This document shows, piece by piece, positions 14,671-26,500 of a DNA stretch of 64,000 nucleotides (the first letter of the stretch is position 1; each line of letters starts with the position of its first letter). This DNA comes from Antedon mediterranea (Eukaryota; Animalia; Echinodermata), in assembly GCF_964355755.1 (NCBI RefSeq), contig NC_092673.1:18845648-18909647 (forward strand). The letters run 5' to 3'. The translations under genes were made by a program, and so were the position numbers. The notes under the pieces are model-generated. The model had not been told where the DNA came from, did no database searches, and was given only the letters and a program-made list of their open reading frames with translations.

Positions 14671-15552
14671 TTACTTTATGATCCATTTATTAATAGACTA
14701 AAATGCACTGCTTCAGCAGGGCTGTTAGTCAGGGTATTTGTGTGGGGCATTGTACTACCTTACTTTATGATCCATTTATTAATAGACTAAAATGCACTGC
14801 TTCCCCAGGGCTGTTAGTCAGGGTATTTGTGTGGGGTATTGTACTACCTTACTTTATGATCCATTTATAAATAGACTAAAATGCACTGCTTCCCCAGGGC
14901 TGTTAGTCAGGGTATTTGTGTGGGGTATTGTACTACCTTACTTTATGATCCATTTATAAATAGACTAAAATGCACTGCTTCCCCAGGGCTGTTAGTCAGG
15001 GTATTTGTGTGGGGTATTGTACTACCTTACTTTATGATCCATTTATAAATAGACTAAAATGTACTGCTTCCCCAGGGCTGTTAGTCAGGGTATTTGTGTG
15101 GGGTATTGTACTACCTTACTTTATGATCCATTTATTAATAGACTAAAATGCACTGCTTCCCCAGGGCTGTTAGTCAGGGTATTTGTGTGGGGTATTGTAC
15201 TACCTTACTTTATGATCCATTTATTAATAGACTAAAATGCACTGCTTCCACAGGGCTGTTAGTCAGGGTATTTGTGTGGGGTATTGTACTACCTTACTTT
15301 ATGATCCATTTATTAATAGACTAAAATACACTGCTTTCCCAGGGCTGTTAGTCAGGGTATTTGTGTGGGGTATTGTACTACCTTACTTTATGATCCATTT
15401 ATTGATAGACTAAAATGCACTGCTTCCCCAGGGCTGTTAGTCAGGGTATTTGTGTGGGGTATTGTACTACCTTACTTTATGATCCATTTATTAATAGACT
15501 AAAATACACTGCTTCCCCAGGGCTGTTAGTCAAGGGTACTTGTGTGAGGTAT
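14671..15552. repeat. Tandem repeat, 89-bp unit, ~10 copies
   Basis: Unit ttactttatgatccatttattaatagactaaaatgcactgcttccccagggctgttagtcagggtatttgtgtggggtattgtactacc. Confidence 0.97.
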
Positions 15553-16273
15553 GCAGTAATACGATAGTTTAGTTTAGTTCTGTAGTTATAATGCTTTATA
15601 TTTCACATGACAGAAGATTGTAAAAATCTGTTGAATCAGTAAGTTTGTCTAACCTGCATAACATAATGCCACACTCATTTTGGTAGAAATACACTAGGAG
15701 TAGATCCAGGATTTAGAGGGGAGGGCTAATAATAGACTGGGGAAAGAAGCCTAGGCCCCATGGTTCTAATCAAAATTTTAAAATGTCCTCTTTCGCCATG
15801 CTTTTATAAAGTCTCCCATTTAATTTTTATGATTTCGGACCTCCACATACTAAAATGGCAGTGTGAAATAACACTTTTGGTTTTTAATAATAAATGAACA
15901 ATAAATGATATAATTATTGAATAAAGAATTGTTTATCTCATAATAAATATATTTAATTTAAAATAAAGTTCAGTTCTTATTGTAATATCCATTTTTTTTT
16001 TATCCATAATTGTTATTTTTTTAATATTTTGTATAAAGACTAGACTGCTCACAATAAAATACATTTAGTGGTTTTTGTTTCATTTATGAATTTTTTAATT
16101 AATAATTTATAATTAGGTGATACATTTAATATAGCTTAGTGCATTCTCCATAACAATTTCTGATAAATAAAAAAAAGGTAATGTAATGTGAAGTAGGTTA
16201 GACCTCCCTACTGTTAGGAGATACATTTATACCATTACTGTATATTATTATCACTTTGCCATATATTATACTG

Positions 16274-16654
16274 TATATATATATATATATATAAATGTTC
16301 GGTTCAATGTAACCGTCTAGAAAGTGCTCAATACGGTAAAGTAGAGCTAAAATATACGTTAAGTCTGGAAAAGAAGTAAAAACTACAGTTTGGTCTCTAC
16401 AGGCTTGTTTCGTGAGTCGTGCAACTCACTCATCAGGAGACTATAATGAGAAGAATCAATTACAACGCTGCTTATAAGCACATTTACTTGTAGAATTAGC
16501 ATTTACAGGTGATATGTTTTGGAATGTCAGCTGTTATGTAACAATGCTTTCTTTCTGTGCCGGCCGGCAGTCTCATAGGTACAATTACTAACAACCTGGT
16601 ATATATATATATATATATACACCAGGTTGTTAGTAATTGTACCTATGAGACTGC
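16274..16654 (-). mobile_element. Penelope-like element pLTR remnant inserted in (TA)n
   Basis: Bounded by (TA)n runs, contains a hammerhead motif, and has a ~34-bp inverted duplication (about 16568-16601 vs 16621-16654) around a TA run. Confidence 0.65.
16393..16441 (-). ncRNA. Type I hammerhead ribozyme (minimal stem III)
   Basis: Minus strand: gtctc CTGATGA gtgagt-tgcacg-actcac GAA aca-agcc-tgt A gagac. The core is complete, with paired stems I, II and III. Confidence 0.88.
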
Positions 16655-17163
16655 TCATAACTCAAGTTGTCAGAGACACTTGTTTGATATTCCATATATA
16701 TTCCATCAGTCCTAATACGAATACTGAGATAGCTAAACTAAATGCTGTTAAAGTCTATTGACTAGAAGTCTGTTTGACTGTTTTGAACAACTGAAGTAAA
16801 GCTTTATATTAGCCTTGGGCTCAGCTATATTTGTAAGTCTTGAATTTCTTTATGTATTTTGATTGTGTGTTACCACCATCTTATACTTTGATAATTATTT
16901 CATATTATTAATTAATCTTTATCTTTATAATCATTTTAATTGATTTTGTTATCTTTTGCTTTTCTGTTTGAAGAATAAAACGTAGATTAGATTATAACTT
17001 ATCCTTTGTATTGCCTATCTTCTGTTTGTGCCTTGTATGTAACAAACGGATATCTTTTTTCTATAATTAACCAGTATCAGTAGGTCTATAAATAATATTA
17101 TAAATACTATTATCACAACATAAAATGCCATAGTAGCCTCTACTAAACAACCAGAGCCTCCTA

Positions 17164-18773
17164 GGGCCTGTTTCTGCTGCATAAAAAATAACCAGTTAAA
17201 ATCGGTGTGAATAAAATAAAATCGGTGTGAATAAATTAACTCCATTTTCTTGGCAGCAGAAACAGGACAAATTTGTGGTAACCGGTTAAAAGGCAGCGCA
17301 AAATAACCGGTTAAAAACACCAATTTAAATCGGTGTTAGAACGCCATTTTACCGGTTATCGCTGAGCAATTCTTAGCTGCAACACGAAATAACGGTTATT
17401 TGATTGACAGTTGTGACCCCGGGTCAGATACCGTCGCATACGGTGTGTGTTTTCCTCGTGGTTTTGACAGTCGAACGAAGAAGTGAACATGTATGTGGAT
17501 GAATGAAATCACAAGATATGTTATTCAGTTGTGGGGGGAGAGAAAGTACGGGGAAGGATGGCAGGCAATAGAAAAGAATCACAGATAATAAATAAGAGCA
17601 TTTTTGCGAAAGTAAAAGAGGAATTTCGGGTGGAGTTCCGGGGACTACCCAAGCTAAGCAATTTGAGGCGTTAGTACACGCTCGCGAAGGGTATGGATGG
17701 TCCTATATAAACACCAAAACGGAAACAAAAGGGACTCAGAATGTTGCAAATACCTACCAAACGATAGTAGATAATGGTTAATTAATTATGAAAACCCAAA
17801 TTTTATAGCAAAAATCATCCGAATTTATGTTATAAACGATGAATTTAGCAACAAAAACTTAATCCAAACGAGCGTATTTTTATGGCACGCCCTTAGTGCC
17901 TTTAATAGGAGAACAATGAACAATCTTACTTTGATCGTTTTACATATAATTTTTTTAGAAAAACATCACATCGACCGAAAACAAAGGTTATCAGAGCTTT
18001 TGATAATATATTAAATATGATTTTATTAAGCATTTAAATGTGTTATTATTTATGTTAGTACATAAATATACGAAACAATGTTTAATACTCATTATTCTAT
18101 TAAAGGCACTATGACGTGCGTGCGATATTCTATGACTTGGATACTCTCGTTTGATTTAAGTTTTTGTGGCTAAACTCGTCGATTTTAACATAAATTCGGA
18201 CGATTTTTGCTATAAAAGTTGGGGTTTCATAATTAATTAACAATTATCTACTCTCGTTTGGTAGGTATTGCAACGTTCTAAGTCTCATTTTTGTTTCCGT
18301 TTGGTTTTTTGTAGGACCGCGCTCGCGAAAGACAACAGTCGTTCACGTGGGAAGGGCCGTATCATCATCGCCTTTGTTGAGGAATTTTAGGCTAGATAAA
18401 AATTATCCTAGGCGATCGGGCGCTGCACGACCCTCCCCATGTTATTGAAGGCGCCATGAGAATTAATTTTATTAGCGATATAGTAAGTAGGCTTTACAAA
18501 AAAACAAAACTTGTAGACCTGTAGACAACATTTTTATTATTTTAAACGTGTGTACTGTGACGATGTCGATGTAAACAAACAGCCAACTTACTACTTCCGT
18601 CTGAGTGTATTGCATTTTGGGTAATGATGACGTTTTGCTCGACGACCACCCATAGATTTAACCGGTTATTTCGGAGCACAATTTGAGCAGAAACGCGGTC
18701 TTGTTATTGTTATCTATTTTTAATCTATTTTAAAATAACCGGTTAAATTGCGTTGTGCAGCAGAAACAGACCC
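17164..18773. mobile_element. PIF/Harbinger-like MITE
   Basis: TIR gggcctgtttctgctgca ... tgcagcagaaacagaccc, flanked by cta/tta; subterminal aaccggtta repeats. Confidence 0.7.
17699..18318. mobile_element. Nested element with ~220-bp imperfect inverted arms
   Basis: 17699-17915 is the imperfect reverse complement of 18090-18318 (e.g. ttgcaaatacctaccaaacga / tcgtttggtaggtattgcaa). Confidence 0.7.
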
Positions 18774-18941
18774 TTAGCCTTAATATAAATTGTGTTTTAT
18801 ACCTAAACAATTCCTGGTAATCAAAATACACATTATTACCCCAAAGCACAAAATATTATGAATTTGCACTTTTTTTATAAAGCTAACATTATATTATTAT
18901 TGATAATTTGTGTATGTTATCCTATTTCTTATAGAATTACT

Positions 18942-19419
18942 TTACATTTACCTACTCAACATGCAAGGTGTCCTTTAAATTGAGTAAATGGCTCAGCACA
19001 GAGATATATAAAGAGTTACAACATTGAATGATTACATGTACCTACTCAACATGCAAGGCATCCTTTAAATATAAAGAGTTACAACATTGAATGATTACAT
19101 TTACCTACTCAACGTGCAAGGTGTCCTTTAAATATAAAGAGTTACAACATTGAATGATTACATTTACCTACTCAATGTGCAAGGTGTCCTTTAAATATAA
19201 AGAGTTTAATAGTTACATCATTGAATGATTACATTTACCTACTCAACGTGCAAGGCGTCCTCTAAATATAAAGAGTTACAACATTGAATGATTACATTTA
19301 CCTACTCAATGTGCAAGGTGTCCTTTAAATATAAAGAGTTACAACATTGAATGATTACATTTACCTACTTAATGTGCAAGGTGTCCTTTAAATATAAATA
19401 GTTACAACATTGAATGATT
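18942..19419. repeat. Tandem repeat, 63-bp unit, ~7 copies
   Basis: Unit tacatttacctactcaacatgcaaggtgtcctttaaatataaagagttacaacattgaatgat, with indel variants. Confidence 0.93.
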
Positions 19420-19744
19420 CGAAGCCATTTTTGTGTCAAAGAATTCGTATGCTAAATTATTAATTTAAAAATATTACATAGTTAGTTGGGATGTTTTGTT
19501 CAAAAATCAAACTTTATAATGTACTAGCGCACGCGCATGCAGTTATTCTTTGCCGCAAGTACTTCTGTATACTTTGCACATCAATAATTCACCGTCAAAT
19601 ATGCAAATACATTTTTAAAAATATAAGAAAACATTTAAAATATTTTGTTGCTCCTATACTTTCCATGCGTTAATGGAGATAAATATGACATAATTTCATC
19701 TGTATATGACATGACTTAACCCAATGTCGTAACTCTTTAATTTT

Positions 19745-20090
19745 GTGGCTCCGGCTCCGCCCATAATGTCTCACATTCGTTTGCATTGGTCGAATAGGAA
19801 TTATGATATCTTCCTAACACTATCTTGTTTATATTAAGTTTGCAAACGATAGATAGGTAAACAAGACTTATATTTTCTATTATAGAGGCTAGCATGCAAG
19901 ACTGATTAGGAAGTCATGTGACGCACAGAAGAAGTGACAATTTATAAACACCTTATAGTCAGGTAGCGTCTGTTGATGTAGAGCTGTTCAGTCGGACTGA
20001 CGGACCAGTGGATGGAAGAACATTTCCAGAGATGTGTAATCCTGCAGAGTAACTTTATGGTTACCAACAATTCTGTTGTTCAATAGTATT
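19745..20090 (+). promoter_or_regulatory. Candidate promoter and non-coding first exon of the Roco locus
   Basis: GC box ccgccc (19757), inverted CCAAT (19785), overlapping ETS/E-box GGAAGTCATGTGAC (19909-19922) and a strong donor att|gtgagt at 20091. The first coding exon (23531) begins at an acceptor, so an upstream exon is required. Confidence 0.4.
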
Positions 20091-21383
20091 GTGAGTTTTT
20101 ATGTTATTATAAATTTTTTTAATATTTCATAATACTGTAGGTGTACAGTGTAATTTGAGTTATAAAAATGGTCATTTGTTATGAGAATTACACCAGTAGC
20201 CAGCTAGTAACAATGTAAAACTTTGGTTTAGTGGTTTATTTCCAAATGGGGAAGGTCGGACTTTTGTCGAAGGGAAAAGTTATTCATATTTTAAGTAAAG
20301 TCTAGTTATTTTGATTTCATATGCTCAGACTACATATGCTAGCTACTAAGTGTATCCTTACCATTTGATTGACTGTATTTCATATGACGTGTTCATGCAT
20401 TATTTTATCCAATTCCAATTACTATGGCATGATCAACTTTTGTTAACATTTTGAGAATTTTTGGTGGTGTGCTAGACTTGTAAATGTTTTTTTTAAATAT
20501 TTTTTTTAACATTTTGAGAATTTTGGGTGGTGTGCTAGACTTGTAAATGTTTTTTTTTTTTTAAGCCTTTCTTTAACTAGGCTCTGCCTCATTGAATAGA
20601 ACAGTCAAATATTCTCCCCATTCAACTTTATAAACATTCCTATAGAATCAAAATGAGTACATTTAGGCAAAACATATGCTGTAAATTAATAGATGACAGG
20701 GACGGATGCAGGGTTGTTGCCCTAATGGCCCGGGCAACACCCTTAATTTCATACTAAATGTTTTTTCCCATTTCATCGTATACAATCGTATATAATGTTA
20801 TATAGAAGTCCAGGGCTGGAAAAGAATATCCGTAAATTGGCAGACTGCGCACATATTTTTTTGTAGATATTTTTCTGACCATGCGCAGAATGAATTTCTG
20901 AATGAGTATAGTGGCTTGTGGTGCGTCATGAGAGGTACGAAAGAAGGCCAAAATCCTGTCATATAGGGATCGTCGATTTGTCCATAATGATTGTGTTTTG
21001 CCGGCCGGATGTTTTCTATAATTTAAGGCCAAAAAATCATAATTATTATTTATGTTTTAGTTTTTAGGCTAGTTAGGGACGTAGGGGGACACAACTAATC
21101 AAGCTCTTTTGAGTTTTTATGTGTTTCCTTTTCATCTTTTTTTATGTTCTCATATTGTATATTTTCATGATTGATGATGAATAAAGAATATTTGAATTGA
21201 AAAGGTTTCTTAATTTGTATTCATCATAAATGTTTGTGTTTCAACAATTTCCTTTTTTGGTTTAAACCAGGGCAGTTTTTGTATTGTCATTTTCACATCA
21301 CTGATTCGTACCATATAATAGTACAAATTATGCTTAAAAGGGACATTTGAAAGTCAATGTAGAATTATGCATTATTTATTATT

Positions 21384-22308
21384 AGCGAGCTTTCGTAACG
21401 GGACGGTAAACGTGCAGTACGGCCGGTTTAACCAACCGTGACCGTACTCATTTACTAGGCTCCCGTCATGTCTGTTACTGTTTCGTTTTGTTCACGCGAC
21501 GGGAACATGTGCGCAACGTCATAGTGCGATCAGGTATCATCATCAGTTGTCTCGGCTTTCAGCATCTCACACAAAATGGCGAACCTACATAGGGTACGAG
21601 ATGCAGCGCTCTTGTTGCTGCCTATATTTCAGATGTTCTAGACGAGGAAGAATTCATTATGTTGTATATAGTATGAATTCTCCAAGTAATTCTGATTTTC
21701 AGTATAAAAGCGATGAATATCAATTCAACTTAGATAAATTCGACGATGATGAATGCAACAGCTATTTCAGGCTATTTCAGGCTAGGCCTAGGCCGAATCT
21801 CTAAGCCAATTTTTTTATTTTATATTTTGTATCACTGATCTAGAGCACTACATTGTTAGTTAGTAATTAAATAATTAAATATATTTTTACTTCTCTGGAG
21901 GATCAAACTTAAAGCCTTGGCTTCTTAGTAATGCGTCCTGCTCACACAATTGTATTTATTAATTTATGTTTCTGTATTATATTGTATTGTATTGTGTGAA
22001 ACAATAAACTTGAAACTTGACATTAATGAACATTCATTTAATATGCTATAGCCTAGTCCTTGTTTGATTACAATAAGTTAAAATAACGACTGATTAAACT
22101 GCTTTACTCTTGACGATACTACTTCCATCGTGTCCTCCATAATTAAAATACACAGCTGAATGTACGTTTCAGACAGGACGCTATTTCTTCTCACTACCGT
22201 TCTCAAATTTAACGCTACGGTGAGTCTCAAATTTCTGCGCATGCGTGGATCACATTTCGGTTCAAATTACCGTACTGAACTACTTCCGTACTACAACGAA
22301 AGCTCGCT
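21384..22308 (+). mobile_element. Internally deleted Harbinger/ISL2EU-like transposon
   Basis: 13-bp TIR agcgagctttcgt with 3-bp TSD att/att. A frameshifted N-terminal transposase remnant at 21577-21770 reads MANLHRVRDA..DVLDEEEFIMLY..NSDFQY..FNLDKFDDDECNSYFR. Confidence 0.75.
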
Positions 22309-23552
22309 ATTATTGTAGTCAATACGGTAAAATGCAGTTTGGAAGGCATATAGTCCAGTAAAAAATCACCCTCACTGTGGCATAAGCTTGTATCCTGATG
22401 AAATTCACATAGTATGTTCAGAACATTTTTTGTAAAGATCATTCCTTGATGTTACGTCGTGCCAAATCTGGGATTTAACAAGAAAATTAGACTTTTATGC
22501 AAAATTTTTACCTACCTCATGTCGTAATTTTTTTTTACTGCAAATGCGACGAAGCGTAACCAAAATTATGATACACCGTTAGCGCCCGTAAACAAATATA
22601 TTAATAAAGCTATGAAACCTATGGTAATTAACTGTTTATAGCATAAATTTAAGTGTAGTTTACAATAAAATAAATAATGAAATACATAACAATACATATA
22701 AAGATATCCAAATATAAACTAACAAATTTACAGATACGTGTTTAAAAATGTCGAAATAAACATGGCCTTCCATAAAATGAAGTACGTCCTCATTTGTCAT
22801 ACTTTTATAAAACTTACATACAATTTGTTAGTTATTGCCTCTTTTGGCAACAAATATTTTTTCTATTTTATATCCATTTTTTAATGATAGAAAATAATGT
22901 TTTTCTATCTTCGAACACATTACAACATCTAGTATACCATTATGATGGAATTTTAGTCGCGTGCAACAGCTCACTATGTCGGTCGGTTGGTAAACACTAA
23001 CTTGAGCACGCGTCTGCAGCAATGTAATTGCCTTGTTTAGTGGCATACTGCATATGAGCTGTAATGATCTCCTGGTCTTGTTTTATTCTGAACATTCTTT
23101 TTTCTTCAACAGCATTATTGCATGGATATCAGAGTGCATTGCATATTTTAAACTATCATTCAGAAAAAATTGTCTGATTTAAACGAATCTCAAACTTTCG
23201 GTGGTTTATGTTTGAAAGAGTAAAGATAGCATCTATCATAGACGCAAAATGGATTATGCTCATTTATATTATTGGTTTTCTTCTTACTGTAATTGACATT
23301 GACCAATCGCGAATACAGGAATATAAATACAGGTACATGAATTAAATATCCACTGCCCACAATAGAAGTGGAAAATAACCTTAGTAAATAATATTCTGAC
23401 AAATAACTTTAGTTTAAAAGAATTCTGCCTACTTACAAATTCATAAACATGTTTAATGATTCTTCCTCTTTGGTTATATTATGTTACACAAATACATGGA
23501 GATTAATCTAATGCAATTTATTCTTTACAGATGACAGCGTAAATAAAGTGAA

Positions 23553-26500
23553 ATGGCAGATTCACAAGGTAATGTTCAGATGATTATAAAATTCAAATTA
23601 AAATCAGGCTTCCATTCATAAAATTAATAATATAGAATTCTATTAAGTCTGTTTTATAGTCTTGGTACTAAAGAAGAAATGAGTATTATAAAATAGTTGA
23701 TGATTTAATTGTACAGTTCAAGTACGTTATATACCTGTATCAATAGGAATGTATTATATTGTTAATTCAAATATATTTGATGATAATTGAATTAATTTTG
23801 TAAATAGAAGGAGTAAAAAAATACAAAATTGACTACCAAAGAAATGTCATTCTTAGGTCATTGAATATTAAGGATAACATAATCTTGAAGATCATTGCCA
23901 TCACCATTTTAGCCTAATTTGGTACATTTTTTATTATTTTAATTAATAAAAGAAAATAAAACAAATCTATTTAAATCAGTGCATATAACCTATAATTTGT
24001 CATAGTGACAAACTAAATCTGGTTTTATTTGAGTTACTGAAATGTATACTTTGAAATCTTATTTAATCAGTTGAAAAGGATCCATCTGCTATTACTGCTC
24101 ATGGTACAGATGTTAAGAAAGCATACACTAAGGCATTGGCTGAGGGATCTGTCAAAGTCAATCTTGGAATGCTTAAAGTTATTGGCCAGGAAGGAGTTGG
24201 TAAAACTTCCCTTATCAATGCCTTACTTGGAAAGAAGTAAGTACTATATAAGTAAGTACTATTTAAGTACAGTGAAATGAACATAACAAGTATGTGAGTC
24301 GACTAAAGAATACAAACTAGCCATTATCTTTCATTTATTTCACAGGAGAAGATTTTGAATTTTTTAAATGGAAGAGAGTTAATAACTTCTTTGGCACATA
24401 TATAATATTGATAGTCTGTCTAAAAAAAATAGATAACAAAAAATTCATAATTTCATCCTAAGGGAAGTGCACTCCTCTAGCCCCCACCCCCTTCCACTTG
24501 CTTCAGAGCTGTTTCAATAAACCACTTATTAATTATTACCACTTTTTAAGTGTCACAATTTGAATACTGATATAAATGATTAATTAAATGTCTAAAAAAA
24601 ATAGATATCAACAAGTTCATAATTTCATCTTAACTGTTAAAAGGGGGGAGTGCACACCCTAACGCCCGTATTCTTAAACCGGACTTTAGTCGTAGTTCGA
24701 AGTTCGACTTGGAAAAGTCGTAGTTCGAGCTATTACTTCAAATTCGATTCAAAAACGAAGTAGTCGAAGTTTGCAGTTCGACTTAATGAAGTCGAGCTTT
24801 TAGTCGAGTTGCACACGTCTGGGTAACAAAGGCTATACATTGGCCAATGACAAGAGAATATTGAGGAGCAGACGAAATTTTGCGCATTGATATCACTTTC
24901 CATTTCTTACAACACTTTTTACGCATCAGGACTATATACATGAAAAATAATTGTAATCGTTAATTATTAGAACAATATCAGTATTAATTTAACAGTGAAG
25001 TATATTTGATTAACAACAAATAAAATCTTTAAAATATATTTAGGAACCATGGCGGTACGGTAACTTTTATATTTTCTAGGCCCCCAACAAACTATGATCG
25101 CCACGAACCACGCACTTCATAGCGTGACAAGAAAGCGCTAGGCCCCCTAAACATTCCATCGCATGGTGAATTGCCGCATCTCCCATTGTCGCTATGGCGT
25201 GACGTAGCTCAAGTCGGACTTGCGCGAAAAAAATAATATAATTTGTATACAGTTTTAAATAAAGATGATTTTCATTATTATAATTTATACCAATGTATAT
25301 TTAATTAAGCTAATATAAATATAGATATTTCATTCTTCAATATCTGGCCAATATAACAACTCAATGACTGTTACGTTTTTTATAAACATCGTTTAAAAAC
25401 CATTTAGTCGACCATTTAGTCTGCCCCCTCCAGGACTAAAAAAATCGATCAAAATCCGTCTCGATTTAGTCGAGGTTGGCCTGATTTAGTCGGGGATTTA
25501 GTTGAAGTTCGGTTTATGAATTAAAATGACGTCATTTTTTTAGTTTTAGCTCGAACTACGACTAAAGTCCGGTTTAAGAATACGGGCGCTAGTCCCTCCC
25601 CCTTGTTTATGCACCTGTTTCAATAAACCACTTGTATTAAAGTGTCACAATTTGAATACTGATTTCAAATAATAATAATAATAATATAATAATATTTATT
25701 CGGCAAAAGTTCTTAAAAATTACATTTCATCTTGCCAGGAGCAAGTAATAGGCATGAGCCCAAACAGAAAACTGCTCTTACTCCATCAATGATTTTCACT
25801 TCAGATTTAACAGCAAACATGATGTTACAGATGGAATAGCAGTGATAAGAACTGTAAGCACAACATGGACAGAAGCTTATGAGGATAGTGGTAAACATAA
25901 ATATATTTACATTATTATTATCATTATAAACACTGACAGCATAAGTGAATAAAGATCTCACGGTAAAACAGTATACTACATATTGAAACATAAATTGAAA
26001 ATAGTTTTGGATATTAATTTGCATATTAGCATTAGATTAACCTGAATAATGTACATAGAGACTGATTGTCAACCATCTAATTTTTTAAATTTCATTTCTT
26101 ATGTATAATTTGTTACATTGATTGGTGAATGAACAAAATTGGTGAAATGTTTTAAATATTATAGATATTTATTAATATTTAACTATTAAAAATCTATTGT
26201 CCCTAATTCCCAAAAAATAAAAATTTTGAAAAAAAGCGGGTCATTTTGAAGTACTTTCACCAAAAATTAGTCGAAAAAAAAATCATTTAACTGAAATACA
26301 GACGGTTTTTTGTTCAAAAAATAACTTTGACTTCCAGTCAAAGTTTTTGATCAAAACATATCTCATTATGCAACGCGCTTGTTTGGCTACTCTGTATGCA
26401 TAATCATAAAACTTCCTCGCGATCTGTGTGAAAACACCTTCTCAACCGTGACAAGTTGTAAACAATCCTAATTAGCATCATGCATAATGCATACTCGTGG

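Noticed and set aside
24071-24280. ORF-track protein MKRIHLLLLL...
   Set aside because: Wrong frame; the exon in another frame encodes the Roc P-loop.
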